Positions 11,943 to 24,303 of a DNA stretch of 64,000 nucleotides are shown here, one piece after another; position 1 is the first letter of the stretch, and every line of letters starts with the position of its first letter. Under the pieces are notes generated by a model, which did no database searches, was not told where the DNA came from, and saw nothing but the letters and a program-made list of their open reading frames with translations. A program made the position numbers and the translations under genes. The stretch is from Syncephalis fuscata S228 (taxonomy: Eukaryota > Fungi > Zoopagomycota), in assembly GCA_025786725.1 (NCBI GenBank), contig JAHLTZ010000006.1, forward strand, positions 773,043 to 837,042. The letters run 5' to 3'.

Positions 11943-14772
11943 GGTGATAACGATGTTAAGTACGATGTTCAATGAATAAAGCTTCAAAGTAAAAGTAAGC
12001 GTTGAAAATGAAGTGGTAACAAAAAGTAAAGCAAAAGATTCTGTTTATTGCGACATTCATAAATTTAAAAACACACAATAATACAATATCAGACAGTATT
12101 GAAGGTAATAAAACAATAATACTTTATTGTACAATTAATAGCATTATACTTGTAGTATGTTCTGCTTACTGATGCTATAGCTCAGTCCTAAGTTGTATGG
12201 CAAACTATTGTGCATATCGGTATTTTATATAGTTACTTGGCTAAGCATGCATGTGCCACATCATACTGGTTTTCATGTTGGCCTTTGCAGTCGATATGGT
12301 TACGTTTTATTTCTGTTTTTACTTCATAACTTTAACGGACTTTGTAATGTAATATGAACAGCGTGTATTTTATTCTATTTAGTAGCATTGAAACTCAATC
12401 GGTGAATTATGTTATAGACCATATTTCTAAAGAAAAATAGTCATTTTTATTTAACTAATACAGTAATAAATTGTGTGGATCGACTGATTTAATTGTGTGC
12501 GAATGGCAAGAATACTTGAGAAAAAGTGAAAATACCTGCTAAGCCCTGACAATATTGATAGCATCGGAAAGAACCGCTATTATAGTGGCACAACTGATTA
12601 AGAATGGTCGCATTTGGCTATGTTTCAGTTGCATTGGCCAATTGATTCAACTAGCCAGTGTAGATATGCTGATTATGCGCGGAAATGACCGGCAAATGGA
12701 AGGCAAAAAGTGAGCAAATATGGAAATAAGGAAGGGATTATAATCTAATTTACTGATAAGATGGTATCTGGCATTAGAAGGTTTCAGTCAGGTGCAATAC
12801 GCCAATGAGCAACTACCACGTACTATTTACCAATATTATTTATTCTAATTGGTAGATATGTTTTGAAGTTTATAAGGTTGTGTTGAGCTTACTTTTGCTC
12901 ATTATCTCGCCTTCTCCTGTTTCTAGTTGTTAATGTGCTGTAAACCGTTTGTTAATGGTTAGCATTAAATCTAGTAGTTACATCCAGTGGTGTGGGGTCC
13001 CCTTGTTGGTTGATCACGATATACTGTGTTCTTGCTTTTGAGCTGTGTTGAATGTGCAATACAGTATTTGCAGACTGCTGTATTATACTGGCTCAACAAT
13101 TATATGGCTGCCCGTAATAGGCGGCTGTATACTAGTGTAGTGCGGAGACATGTGGGATAACAGGGTGTGCAGCACTGTGTTTAGCAAGTCAGTATTGCTG
13201 CACGCTCCCCTCATGTGGATGCGGCGACCTGTGATGGGTAACCATATGTTAGTGCTCACCTGTTTGTAACGCGCGCTGGAGGTGTGTTGGTATTGTTCAA
13301 CTTGCTGAACACTGCCATCACACACTGGATTGATGAGATATGTGGTTTATCTGGGTGGATGTATCCATATATCACCTATTGTTTACTTGTGGGCACAGGT
13401 TATAAATTGTAATATAGCACTAGTATCAAACCATTTAAATGCCCGTTCCCTGGCAACAGGCTATAGGGTCTGATGCGCTGTGCTGGAAACTTGCCCGGGA
13501 TTTTATAAATGAAGCTTGGTATTAATGCTATATTGAGACCTTAATAGTGCATCAGCATATGAAACGTGCTGTTTAGTTGTAATATGTTGTGGTGTTCATG
13601 TGTTCAGCTCTAGACACCAACTACAAATGGGTGAATCCATAGTTTGGTGCAGCTTATTGCTACGCTTGAATTGCCATGACATCTTATAACATTTATTGAA
13701 CAGTATTGCCATCAAGATAGCAGCTAATATAGAGCTGTACGCATCCGACAAATATTACTTACGCCCAAGTCGTAGTATTGCCGGTACTCCAGGTGGACGT
13801 ATAGTTGCTGCATTAGCTGCTATCTTGTTTAACAACTTTTAACAACATTTCTAGTTTATTTGTATAACAAATAACAACAATACACAAACAACTACACGCA
13901 TGTACACTATAAACTATACGCAAGGAACAATCAACTAGATGTAGGTGCTTATTACTACTAAACAATACTAACGCACTTTTATTATAGCTATTCAAGCATT
14001 GGTGCCGGATCGACAAGTATATCTGACTGCATTTGTTATCGGACACAAATATTTTGCATGCAACTTACAATACCAACTATAGAATTCGTTGGCACAAGCA
14101 TCGACAACAATACTGTATACTGTCGTTGGTACTATTGTTTGGGCTGGATTCTAAATGGGACATATACTTATCTGGTTTATATTACTCAACACTAACTGGC
14201 ATTGCTATTGCGCATCTGCTAAATGCTTTGGTTTGATTGAAGTGGTGGTAATAAAGAGGGAGGTGGTGGGCATTACACATATATTACATTGAAATGGTAG
14301 ATTTAATAAAGAAGCGCATGAGGTGTTTGCTGAATCGACATAACACTGTGACTCCATTACTAGTTTGTCTAAAGTTGTGCTTATTTGTTTATAAAACTAT
14401 AATACTGGTACATGTATTCAATTAAAGTCACTGATACTTGAATAGCTAGATTACAAGTAGCTACATTCAATACTGCATCTACACCAACTATTTTAATAAT
14501 AGTGCCATAGTTTATTTATTACTGTCTTATTTATTACATTTAACATGATCCGGTGATAAATGGCTACATTTAATAGCATCTAATCTATTGAACATGCTAG
14601 TTGATGGCGAATGACATCAATCATCAAATACTCATCATTGTAGATTCATTATCCAGTATGCATATATTCAGTATACATATAGATTTTTTATTATATACTC
14701 AGACTAACATATATTATTCTATCTTTGGGAAGTTATTGGTGCATAGCAGTACAATCATCATGCTATAAACTC

Positions 14773-14957
14773 ACTGCATGCTTTGGTTTGCCATAGATCA
14801 CCGCTGCAGTCGTTTTAGAAGTAGTAGTAGATTGCACTTTTAGTACGGCCACTGAATAACATTTCAGTACCATACAGTGCAATCTACTGTCGCTACTGTA
14901 TATGCTATTACCAGCACAATCTATAGTGGCCATCTATAGCAAATCAAGGCATACAGT
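14773..14957. mobile_element. Fold-back (nested inverted repeat) element, MITE-like
   Basis: ACTGCATGCTTTGGTTTGCCATAGAT (14773-14798) pairs with ATCTATAGCAAATCAAGGCATACAGT (14932-14957) at 22/26. Inner perfect 13-bp pair AGTAGATTGCACT/AGTGCAATCTACT, plus a small central ACTGAA/TTCAGT stem. Confidence 0.5.
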
Positions 14958-15138
14958 AGCTTTGGCACATATGGTCGCTACATTCGTCGTACTGGCAGTT
15001 GTGCATATACAATAGCGTAATTTGCAATGATCCATAGCATAAACAAGGTATACAACGAGACTTCACAGCATATGCTCAAAATAACATAAAACAAGCCAGG
15101 AATGCACTTACCGTGTCAATAAAGCTGCCAAAAGCAAC

Positions 15139-15454
15139 GATCAGAGCAAGGAAAGTGATTTGCAAAAAAGGTCAGATTACAAAAGAGCAATGCAAGTACA
15201 TAGTGTAGAAGGTGTTTGTACATAACTAGTAGCCAGTCAACTACTGACACTATTTAGATATATATATGAGTGTACAAGTATATGCAATGGATATATGCTA
15301 TCAAGTGTAAAGAAAGAGAAAGGAATGTGATGAGTAGATTGTGAGATGTAAACCTGTCAGTCAATATTTATAGACAGTTGAGTTAATTGATTAATAAATG
15401 GAGTGTGAAATAATAAAAGTCGATCTACCCAACATGTTGGTACATCATAGAACA
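15139..15454. repeat. ~320 bp dispersed direct repeat, copy 2
   Basis: Matches 8672-8993 with a few substitutions and is 6 nt shorter. Confidence 0.95.
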
Positions 15455-15572
15455 AGTGAAGCAATAATGTATTAAGAATAAAATATACTCACTTTTCCTA
15501 TTAATAAGTAAATGAATACACAAATTTATTATATGATAAAATAGTCAAAAAAAGTAATTATTAATGAATATA

Positions 15573-16697
15573 TTAGTGGTTAAGTTTCCGTGCACAGTAT
15601 ACTTTGACTGTCCAGTAACTCTTAAGACGATTAGTCTCCTCATTTAGTTTCATCAAAAATCCATCTATTTCCTCGTTAGATAGACCAATCTCTTGGATTA
15701 GCAAATGGCGTACCGCCTCAACATTGGCGCGCAAGCAATTCCAGCCGCGTCGTCCCATGTCGCCGGCCCAGTCGCCGGCTGGAATCATATACTTTTCAGT
15801 ACGGACATCGCTGAGTCGTGCAGCTTGCATACGTGCCGGCACTTCGTCCACAGCGAATAAATCCACGCCGCAGGGATGCATCAGCTGATGGTGCCAGGTA
15901 TTGAATCGCTCACCGTGCGCACCGACATTGGACAAAGTGCCAGTTGTTTCGACCATTTCTATCCAGCCGTTGATGGCACAAATACGAGCACATTCATGCA
16001 CGTAGATCGGCCAGATCTGGTCTGGTATGGCAAGATTCAAGAAGCGATGGTGTACAAAGTCAAAACTGCTGTCTGGATATGGTAGTCCTATTAGAAAACA
16101 ACAACGCAATAATAAATATCTGAATTAAATATACATTTGTTTTGCTAGCATAGTAATTCATCACTTAAAATAAACATGAAAGCAACCATTTACCTTCAAG
16201 TATATTAGCAGTGGCAAATTTGCAGTTTGCAGGCTTAAGATCCGTTGTAGGTGGCAGGATAATGTCGACACCAGTAAAGTCACAATTTGTATGTTCTGAA
16301 GCCATTTCCTATTCAACGGATTAGACTGGTATGTAATTGTTAAACACAGTACTCACCATTAGCCAAATACCAGATCCTGTGCCAAGATCAATACAACGTG
16401 TCATCTTCTCTGTTGGTGCAAAATAATTAACACCAGTGACAGAGCGCATCAAATAATGCAGCGAATCCAGTCTGTATATTTGTTGTTAGCATGCATTTAG
16501 GTCAAACTCTATACTTGCCGGTCCATTTCCTCAGAATCTATGGGTAGACGATAGGCAACACCATCCATGTCCAAGTATTGCCGACCTAGCTGTTCTATAA
16601 TACGGACGCTATTTATGCCGCCAACATTTGCACTGGAGCCGCGTCGACTACGGCGTCGCTGGCTAAGCTCTGAAACTTTAGATATATCGTTTCCCAT
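15573..16697 (-). CDS. LaeA/TAM-like class I SAM-dependent methyltransferase (4 exons)
   Basis: YRLPIDSEEMDR|LDSLHY, CIDLGTGSGIW, FTGVDI, GLPYPDSSFDFVHHR, GWIEMVE. N-terminal MGNDIS is a myristoylation-type motif. The first intron has a GC donor. Confidence 0.92.
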
Positions 16698-17454
16698 GTC
16701 ACTTTATACGCAGTAATAGCACAGCGATTAAAGTTGTGTTTATAACTTGGATCTGATACTGCCAGTACTAAAGGTAGAGATACTCAAAACGTTTGAAACA
16801 CAGATATTAATAAACGACTATTGGATAAAGGTAAATGTTTGTAAATGCAAACTAGAGGTTCAGCGCTATACGATGCACGTATTGGCAACACGACAAAGCA
16901 AGAAAAATGTAAGATTATTGAACTTTTGTGAATAGTGGGCATTTCCCGTCATTTAGCTGCTGTCGACATTATGCGGAGTGTCAATAAAGACTCAAAAGAG
17001 TCAATTAATTAATATATTCTCAGACTGCTGACGATGTATCCGAATTCAACATTTCCACCAACCCTGACTCCGCGGCATTTCTTTGACGCTATCTACTTTG
17101 GTTTTATCTACCTAAGCGTGATTTGGCAGTGTTGGTATGTGCACGTTTAATAAATTACAATTACAATAAGCATTTAAACAAATTAAAATACGTAAAATGA
17201 TGGGGCAGTTAACACTGAATAGTTATTACATGGATAAAGATGAGAATTTTCAATACCATAAATGTTTCCAGAGTATATTGGTATTATTATCTACCTATTC
17301 TGAGTTTAACTTTCACGCCTTACTGGGGCAAATTTATAGGTATTAAATGCTAATAATGATTTCTTTTAAAGTTTTACAAAGTAGCTTATACTATTATGAA
17401 CTGAATTAAATTATTTATTAATTAACAAACTATTATTACTAGTTATGTATAAAT

Positions 17455-18595
17455 TTACTTTTGAGCAGAATCACAAAAATAATTCAATATGCTTTGCTGG
17501 TAATGTTTAGACTTAAGCTTTTTACAACCACGGCGAGGATTGATTCTAGTTGTTTTTGTTATTACTGTTTTGTTGCCGTTGCTGTTTTGTTGCCGTTGTT
17601 TTTTTTGTTATTGTTGTAGGTTTACTAAACAAAAATTCGCTAATTGATTCATCCAAGATAAAGTTAATTAATGCGTTATTGCTTTGTGGTCCATGAAATA
17701 TACTACTTACTTTTTAATATTATCAGTGATAGGTTGTGCGTCATAATCCTGTTCTTGTTTGCGCAAGCAATGTTCAACGTGGCAGTGAAGTGCTGCCTTT
17801 GAGCGTGCCTCTAGTGCAATATTACAGACGGGACACGTCGATTGATGAAACTGTGAACAATGATTTTTCGTTAATGTTGATGTCATTGTCGTCGTAGATG
17901 ATAATGCTAATGATGGTGATGATAAATCTCCCTACCAATGCTTAATATCAATTAATAGAAAACAGTCGGTATTACTTACTGCATTTGTCGTAGCATCTGT
18001 TGATTTGTGTAAAAACTATAGCATATATGCTGTATTCGTCATCAACTATATTGATTTTTCACTACTATTTACCTTTGTAATATTTTCGGTAATCTGTTTG
18101 GATTGCATTTCTTGCAACGAGGATAATCGTACACCCATCAATCGTAGTTCAATAGGCTGCTCTGCCTCAAGTAGCTAGCATTATTGCAATTAATTATATA
18201 TGCATTAAACTAAAATATAAACAAATGTTTAAGCTACCTGCTTGCCATATAAATATAAATCATCCGCTTTGAATATACATTGAGCTAGACTACGTGATCT
18301 TGATAATACAGTAAAGTCCGATCGTTTTAGCTTTAGTGTAATTGTTTGTCCCTAGTCATTATTAGTATGCAATATATTAATTTATGCTATTGGTAATACT
18401 ACCTTAATTTGTTTTCGCTCAAGATTTGCAGATAATTTTTCAGCAATCGTTTTTAACATATCTAGTTGTCGGTCGATTTTAGATAGATTACGGAATGTAC
18501 TAGATATAGAGAATAAGACTGGCTCAATAAACTATGTTTCATTTGTTATCCTACCGTTCTACGCTAATACTTTTACGATCATATTGTCTAATAAA

Positions 18596-18631
<36 letters not shown>

Positions 18632-20809
18632 GAGAATCGGTAAATACTTTTCATGCTATTCTACAAGCAGATCCTACATTGATAGATCGGTTGTGCCTAA
18701 ACCCAAGGCAGCGCGTGATATAAACTCAAATGATTTAGAAGAAAGCAGCAGTTTTAGCACGACACGCTGTTTGTACTGTATCAAAACAATAGTAATAAAA
18801 GATTAGCAATTAATTGATTATATAGTTATTGTTTCTCTTTTACCATATCTCCACCCGTCTTTACATCAAGTGCACTAAGTAATTGCTCAGTTACTCGCCC
18901 AATACCTATGGTGATCTAATTAGATCATCGTATAATGCAGAAACATAATTATATATACCATTTAGTTTACGTATTGGCAGTTCTTTTATAAATGACATGA
19001 TGGCATCTCGATCATTATTAAGGGTATATTGTCCTATATAGTATTGTTAATCGTGTACATTGTAAACGACAATTGCTTTACCATTAGGTTTATTCATGTC
19101 GGAACAGATCTATTTACATTTAGTATTTACATTTTTAACATTGTTTACACTTACTTTGGCAAGGCGTCTACAAAGATGTGAGTAATTGTGCAAATATTAC
19201 AATGGTTACTTACTTATTAGCTGCAATGCCTGCACTGGCTAATGTTGTTGTAATTATTTTATTCAAACAAAATGCCTGTCACCTGGCACTTACCCGTTAA
19301 TAAAGTTTTTCTATACACATATTAAAGCTACAATCTAATGGAAATATATGGTCTTACACTTGAATTTCTTTTCTAATTTGATTCGTCACCTCTTCAGCCG
19401 TCTTCTTGCTTTCTTTTATATAACTTGTGATATTCAAATAAGCTGATAGAAATTAGTATCTATTTATGCAAATGATAGCAGTGCTATTTGCTTATTATGT
19501 TGGTGGAGTATTCTTACATTCATCAATACCAGCCGCGCTGAAATTACCTAGTTTTAGCATGTTTATAACCAAAATAGCTAATACTTACAGAAACTGCGGA
19601 TCATATTTCTATTGGAACTTTAGCAATAATCTAAAACTTAAGCATATCTTACCTCTAGTACGGTGTGTACTATTTTAGAGATTGCTCTAGCAAATCGTTG
19701 ATTTAATTTATGCTATCAAATGGCAACGATCTATTGTTCTTACTTATACTTTGCTCCATTTGGAGGCAGTATGATTAGTTCTATTTTTACAAATATTAAT
19801 GTTAAAACAATGACTGTATGATTAATTACCAGGACATAATTTCTAATTTATTGTTACAATTACAAGTTAATTAATACCAATTTATCGAGACTAATCAAAC
19901 CTTAGCAATATATCCTGGCATTGCCGATCGAACGCCAAATTTTCTGAATGATTTCATTAGATGGCTATTTGTACTTGCAAGATACTAGATTACCGTGCAG
20001 CATCTACGTACTATTAGTCGAATAAAAAACAAATAGTTCTACACTTACAATTGGCCGTGGATAGCATGCTATTTCCCTGGAATTACACTTAATAAATAAT
20101 GTTATTTGCAATATTCTCTAGCTTACTCCAACTCCCATGGGCTTTTCCTTTAAAGCAGGATTATCAAGTTCTTCAACTGCCGCGAAAAATGCTAATAATA
20201 TTTGACAAACATGGTTAAAATAGCATCAGCCGTATTGATCCATTTTTTACCGTCCATATCAATATGCACAATTATTTGTGATAAATCTCTATCCATCTCA
20301 AGTTGTTTCCAGTCTGCGTCTACTTGTCGACAAATATGTGCTAAATCACGTCCTTCTAATCGTTTTTTTCGCTCTAATAGATTCTGTATTTTATGGCAAG
20401 CTCTTGATCTTTTCTTCTTTCATTTTCAAAAAATGGCGTTCCCTATGTACAGCGCAGTAGTTGGATATTCATTAGTTGGATACACATCTAATGCGCTCTA
20501 GACCACATTTACTTTTGAAGCTTCATAAATAACACGCCCAATCATGTCCTTGTCAGTGCTCTCAAGACCAGCTTTATTTGCAGACGGCCCAAGAATGCGT
20601 GCCATAAAAGTGTCGTTTTTATCCGAAGGCGTTTCAGTAATCTCGGCTGAATCGTCTGTTGTATCTTGCCCGAGTGCATCGTCCCACTCCAAGTCTGCTA
20701 CTTCCTCTTCTTCAACATAGCTTTCAGACTCGCTGCCAGAATTCTCACAAATAGTTTCATTTTCTTTTGAGGAAGGTAAAGGTACAGATTCCAAAGGGGG
20801 AGTAGTCAT
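17455..20809 (-). CDS. POLK: DNA polymerase kappa (DinB, Y-family), about 20 exons
   Basis: GPSANKAGL...IYEASK, IVHIDMD, AFFAAVEELDNP, STANY, FGVRSAMPGYIAK, ICSDMNKPNG, RKSISVE. C-terminal UBZ zinc finger CPVC..HVEHC and PIP box QQSILNYF. Confidence 0.93.
18600..18631. repeat. (AAT)n microsatellite in a Pol kappa intron
   Basis: About 10 consecutive AAT units. Confidence 0.9.
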
Positions 20810-21310
20810 TGTGCGAATGTATAGGTAGAGAAGGTAAGTATACTGCTTTACAATGTTCAAGCGAGTAAATAAACATACAACGCAAAAAGTGCGATAAAAG
20901 TTGATATCGACGTGTATTTCCTAGATAAAACTGTCTAGTTTTATAGCTCTTTCCTGCTATTCGAGCAAAATACAAAATATATACTTGTCAACCACCTTTG
21001 CTATAAAAAGAAGGAATGGGGCTGGATAATCTGCATTGCCAAATATAATGTGGCACTGCCCCTTAGTCAGCTTTTCCATCGTATTCCTCAGTGAGTTTAG
21101 ATATGTTTACAAGTATTCTATTTAGCATTCAATAAACACTGTTGCTGATATGATGAATTTAGTGCCTAAAAGCTTAGTTGTCAATTATAATATCATGCTC
21201 TATGATAATGACATTTGTTTATGCATTGATATCTATCCTTCTTATTTACTAATGACATTGTTCTATGAATACACTTGTCTTTACTGTTTGTTACCTATTC
21301 TTACTACATT

Positions 21311-21520
21311 TATTGTTTTGCTGTTAATACTCTTCTATAACTATACTTGATTTTATGCAATTGGTTTTTATCCTTTGTTTTATTCCACCACTTGGACAAT
21401 TTCCTTACCAGTATTTTAATTTATTCATAGTCTTTATATGTACAATACCATTTGATTTATGACATGTATTATCCTATTGTATATATCGTATCACTTATCA
21501 AGTAAATAAAAATAGTCTTT
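21311..21520. repeat. Diverged ~200 bp dispersed repeat, copy 1 (partner 36247-36435)
   Basis: Collinear blocks TTCTATAA, TATTCCACCRCTTGRACAATT, ATAGTCTTT, CCATT..ATTTATGAYATGTAT, AAATAAA. Confidence 0.7.
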
Positions 21521-22663
21521 CTTTTGCAAACACTAGACATTTTATTAATGATTTAATGTAATTTTGTGGTCAAATGACTAAATTTAATAATATTCGGATT
21601 CGGGTTTATTAGCTTGAGTGAGACAACGGTCTGTAGGACCTAACCGCGCATTTGCAGCATTTGCCTGCCACCCCTAGCTATTTTAATAATATTCAATCTA
21701 TTGAACAAAATGATGAGTGGTGAGTGACATAAATATCAAATTATAATGCCTTGAATACTTTACAGCAACAACAATATAAATCAACATTTATTTGTTTATT
21801 ATATTTTATTGTAAGTAACATGGAATACTGTTTAGTATATGTTTTGATATTGAAACAGTGCAGATTAATTAAGACTCTGATTAATTCAAACAGAATTGAT
21901 ATAGCATCGCTTCAGCAAATAACAATTTTCAGTATCAAAAACTGATTGGCTGCTTATTATTCGAGTTATGGACCTTTTTTGTCCTTAGTTTGAAGTTAGA
22001 GGCTTAAAGTAAAATTGCTCCTATTTTACTATTAAACTATTACGTTCAACTATATACATACTAACCTTATTATTATTTCAAATCAAATTAAAAGCTATGC
22101 ATAACTAGTATGTATTTATTGCATTATAATGTTGATGTATTGCGAAATCTATAGTAATTTCAATTTCATGTGACTACCAATTAAAAATACTATTCGGTAA
22201 AACGTACATGTAGTAATTGTTGTTTAATTGGGTTGTAGCTGTGTATACCTCGCTCAATTTGAATGCTGGTGTTAAATTTGTAACCTCCGTTATTTAAACT
22301 CAACGATATTCTAACATTGCCAAGAATAGCTTCTTCAAAATAAAAAATCCAATGTAATTTTTCAGTGGTTCAGCTGTTTATTGCCTAATCTAAATAGCAT
22401 TAATGAAACCAAAATACCCCCTTGACTAGAATTAAACAGTCTCTTTGCATCATAGAACGAGCTCTTTAGCTATTTTAATCCGCTAATTTACTGATTATAG
22501 TAGTCCACGTGGTTAATTTTAATGGCAGAAAACATAAAGATCAACAACCATACAGGGCAGCTATTATAAATGTTTTACTTTTTAAGCTGCTTGTCACTTT
22601 AATCATACTTTCCGTCATCTTCAGCTACAAGAACTTTTCATTCAATAGAATTCTGTCAAAATA

Positions 22664-23679
22664 ATGCTTGCTACTAAATTCACCTTTGCTACGATTGCAA
22701 CAGTTACATTGCTATTAGTATCAGATATCCCAAATGCTAATGGTTTGATTAGAGAGTTTTTAGGAATTAAGAAAGGTATGGGATATAATAGAATTTAAAA
22801 CTGTTTGCTATCATATTAAAATTATTTGATTATAGATAACTTTCTTGGGGAGCGTCTAAATAAGCCAGGCGCTTTTGGAATAAATGGACTATATATTACT
22901 AGTTATAATCAAATGGAAGATGTAAGCATTGCTTACGGAGGATATGGTACCAACCCAACTCAAGTAGAAGAGATTGATATTGTATGTGGTAATCCCAAAA
23001 CTGCCAAGAACATTCAGTTTCGAGTATATGAGGTGTGTATTATACAAGTGCAATCTTCTGTTGCTGTTTATTCATAATATATGTTACAGAGTCTCAGGAC
23101 CGATTCAAGTTTTTATACTTTACAAGTTCCTAATGGCAGAAGGCTTTTTGTTCCGTTTAAACAAGTATTTGATACAAAGACTGGAGAACGTTGCTATTTG
23201 ATTTCCTCACGATGTAGCAATCCAGTGGACTTAGTATATGACAATCTTGGAAGTGTTGAAACGGTCCAAGGATATATTAGGCAAATTACAGATGGTAAGT
23301 TTTAAATATACAACATTAGATTGTACTAACATGACCAAAATCAGCCATACGCTATATGAGAACAAAGGGCTGGGCTTTCCATATAAATGCAGGCCAAGGT
23401 AGGTTGCGCTTACACATTAGTATCATCAAGACTAATATCATTTTAGCATGTCGTAATTCCGGCAATAATTTAATGTATATGTCATTCGGCAATACTTATT
23501 CTAGAAATTTAGATACAATAAATTTATACCAAAGAAAACCTGTCCTCGACAGGATAAACAATTTTTTATGGAAACTTTTGGGTAAACTTTATGCAAAAAC
23601 CATACCCAATGGAACATTGGAACAAGGAATAAAAATGGCCCAACAAAAACAAGGAGACTTGTTTTTTCACCTAGACTAA
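22664..23679 (+). CDS. Secreted protein with degenerate protein-kinase-like fold, paralog A (266 aa, 5 exons)
   Basis: Signal-peptide-like MLATKFTFATIATVTLLLVSDIPNANG. Introns 22776-22835, 23033-23089, 23295-23344 and 23399-23446 give an open frame. Contains an alphaE-like YIRQITDAIRYMRTKGW segment and a DFG-like MSFG. Confidence 0.75.
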
Positions 23680-24303
23680 ATGGAGTGTCTACAAATAGCC
23701 CTTGTGATATATCAAACAGCATTGCGTTTAATAAATCTATTGGCGTATAGTTTTTTTTAGTTTGAGTAATGATTTGTGGTTCGAATTTAAACAATAAACA
23801 TAAACTTAGATTATTTATTTAGAATTAAGTGAATCAATTTTCAATTATTACAGTAAATGAATCTTGCTATCCTGTAGTTGTAAGGCAGAATAGCACTTAG
23901 TAATCAAATGAGCTGCAATTACAATACAATTTTTGCGCCAGCACCCGTGCACTAACTATTTTAATAACAGATATCTGCATGAAAACGCTACCTTACCCCA
24001 TATTTGTAGCACGGTTACACGCTATAACAAGTTTAAATGATTCACGTGGGAATACGCTATTTGAGCAAGCGATTGCTTTTTATGTGCTGGGACTCAACTG
24101 ATGTTTACTATTTTGCTTTTTATTACCACGTTTACCGCTGTACTTATTGAGCAACGTAAGAAAATTCAAAACGAATGCAAGACTACTATATAACTAACCT
24201 TCAGGTACTTGTAGCATGGTTTCCAGTCTTCTTTTTTACTTTTCGTTCAATTTTTTATACGCAGTGCAAATTTTACCTTTCCATTGAATTGAATATTGTC
24301 ATA

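Noticed and set aside
8672-15454. LTR retrotransposon defined by the two direct repeats
   Set aside because: Only copy 1 reads TG...CA, similarity continues past those ends, and there is no target-site duplication or gag/pol motif.
23930-24035. Helitron-like 3' end (CCCGTGC...GCACGG)
   Set aside because: Arms are far apart, there is no proper CTAG terminus and no second copy was seen.
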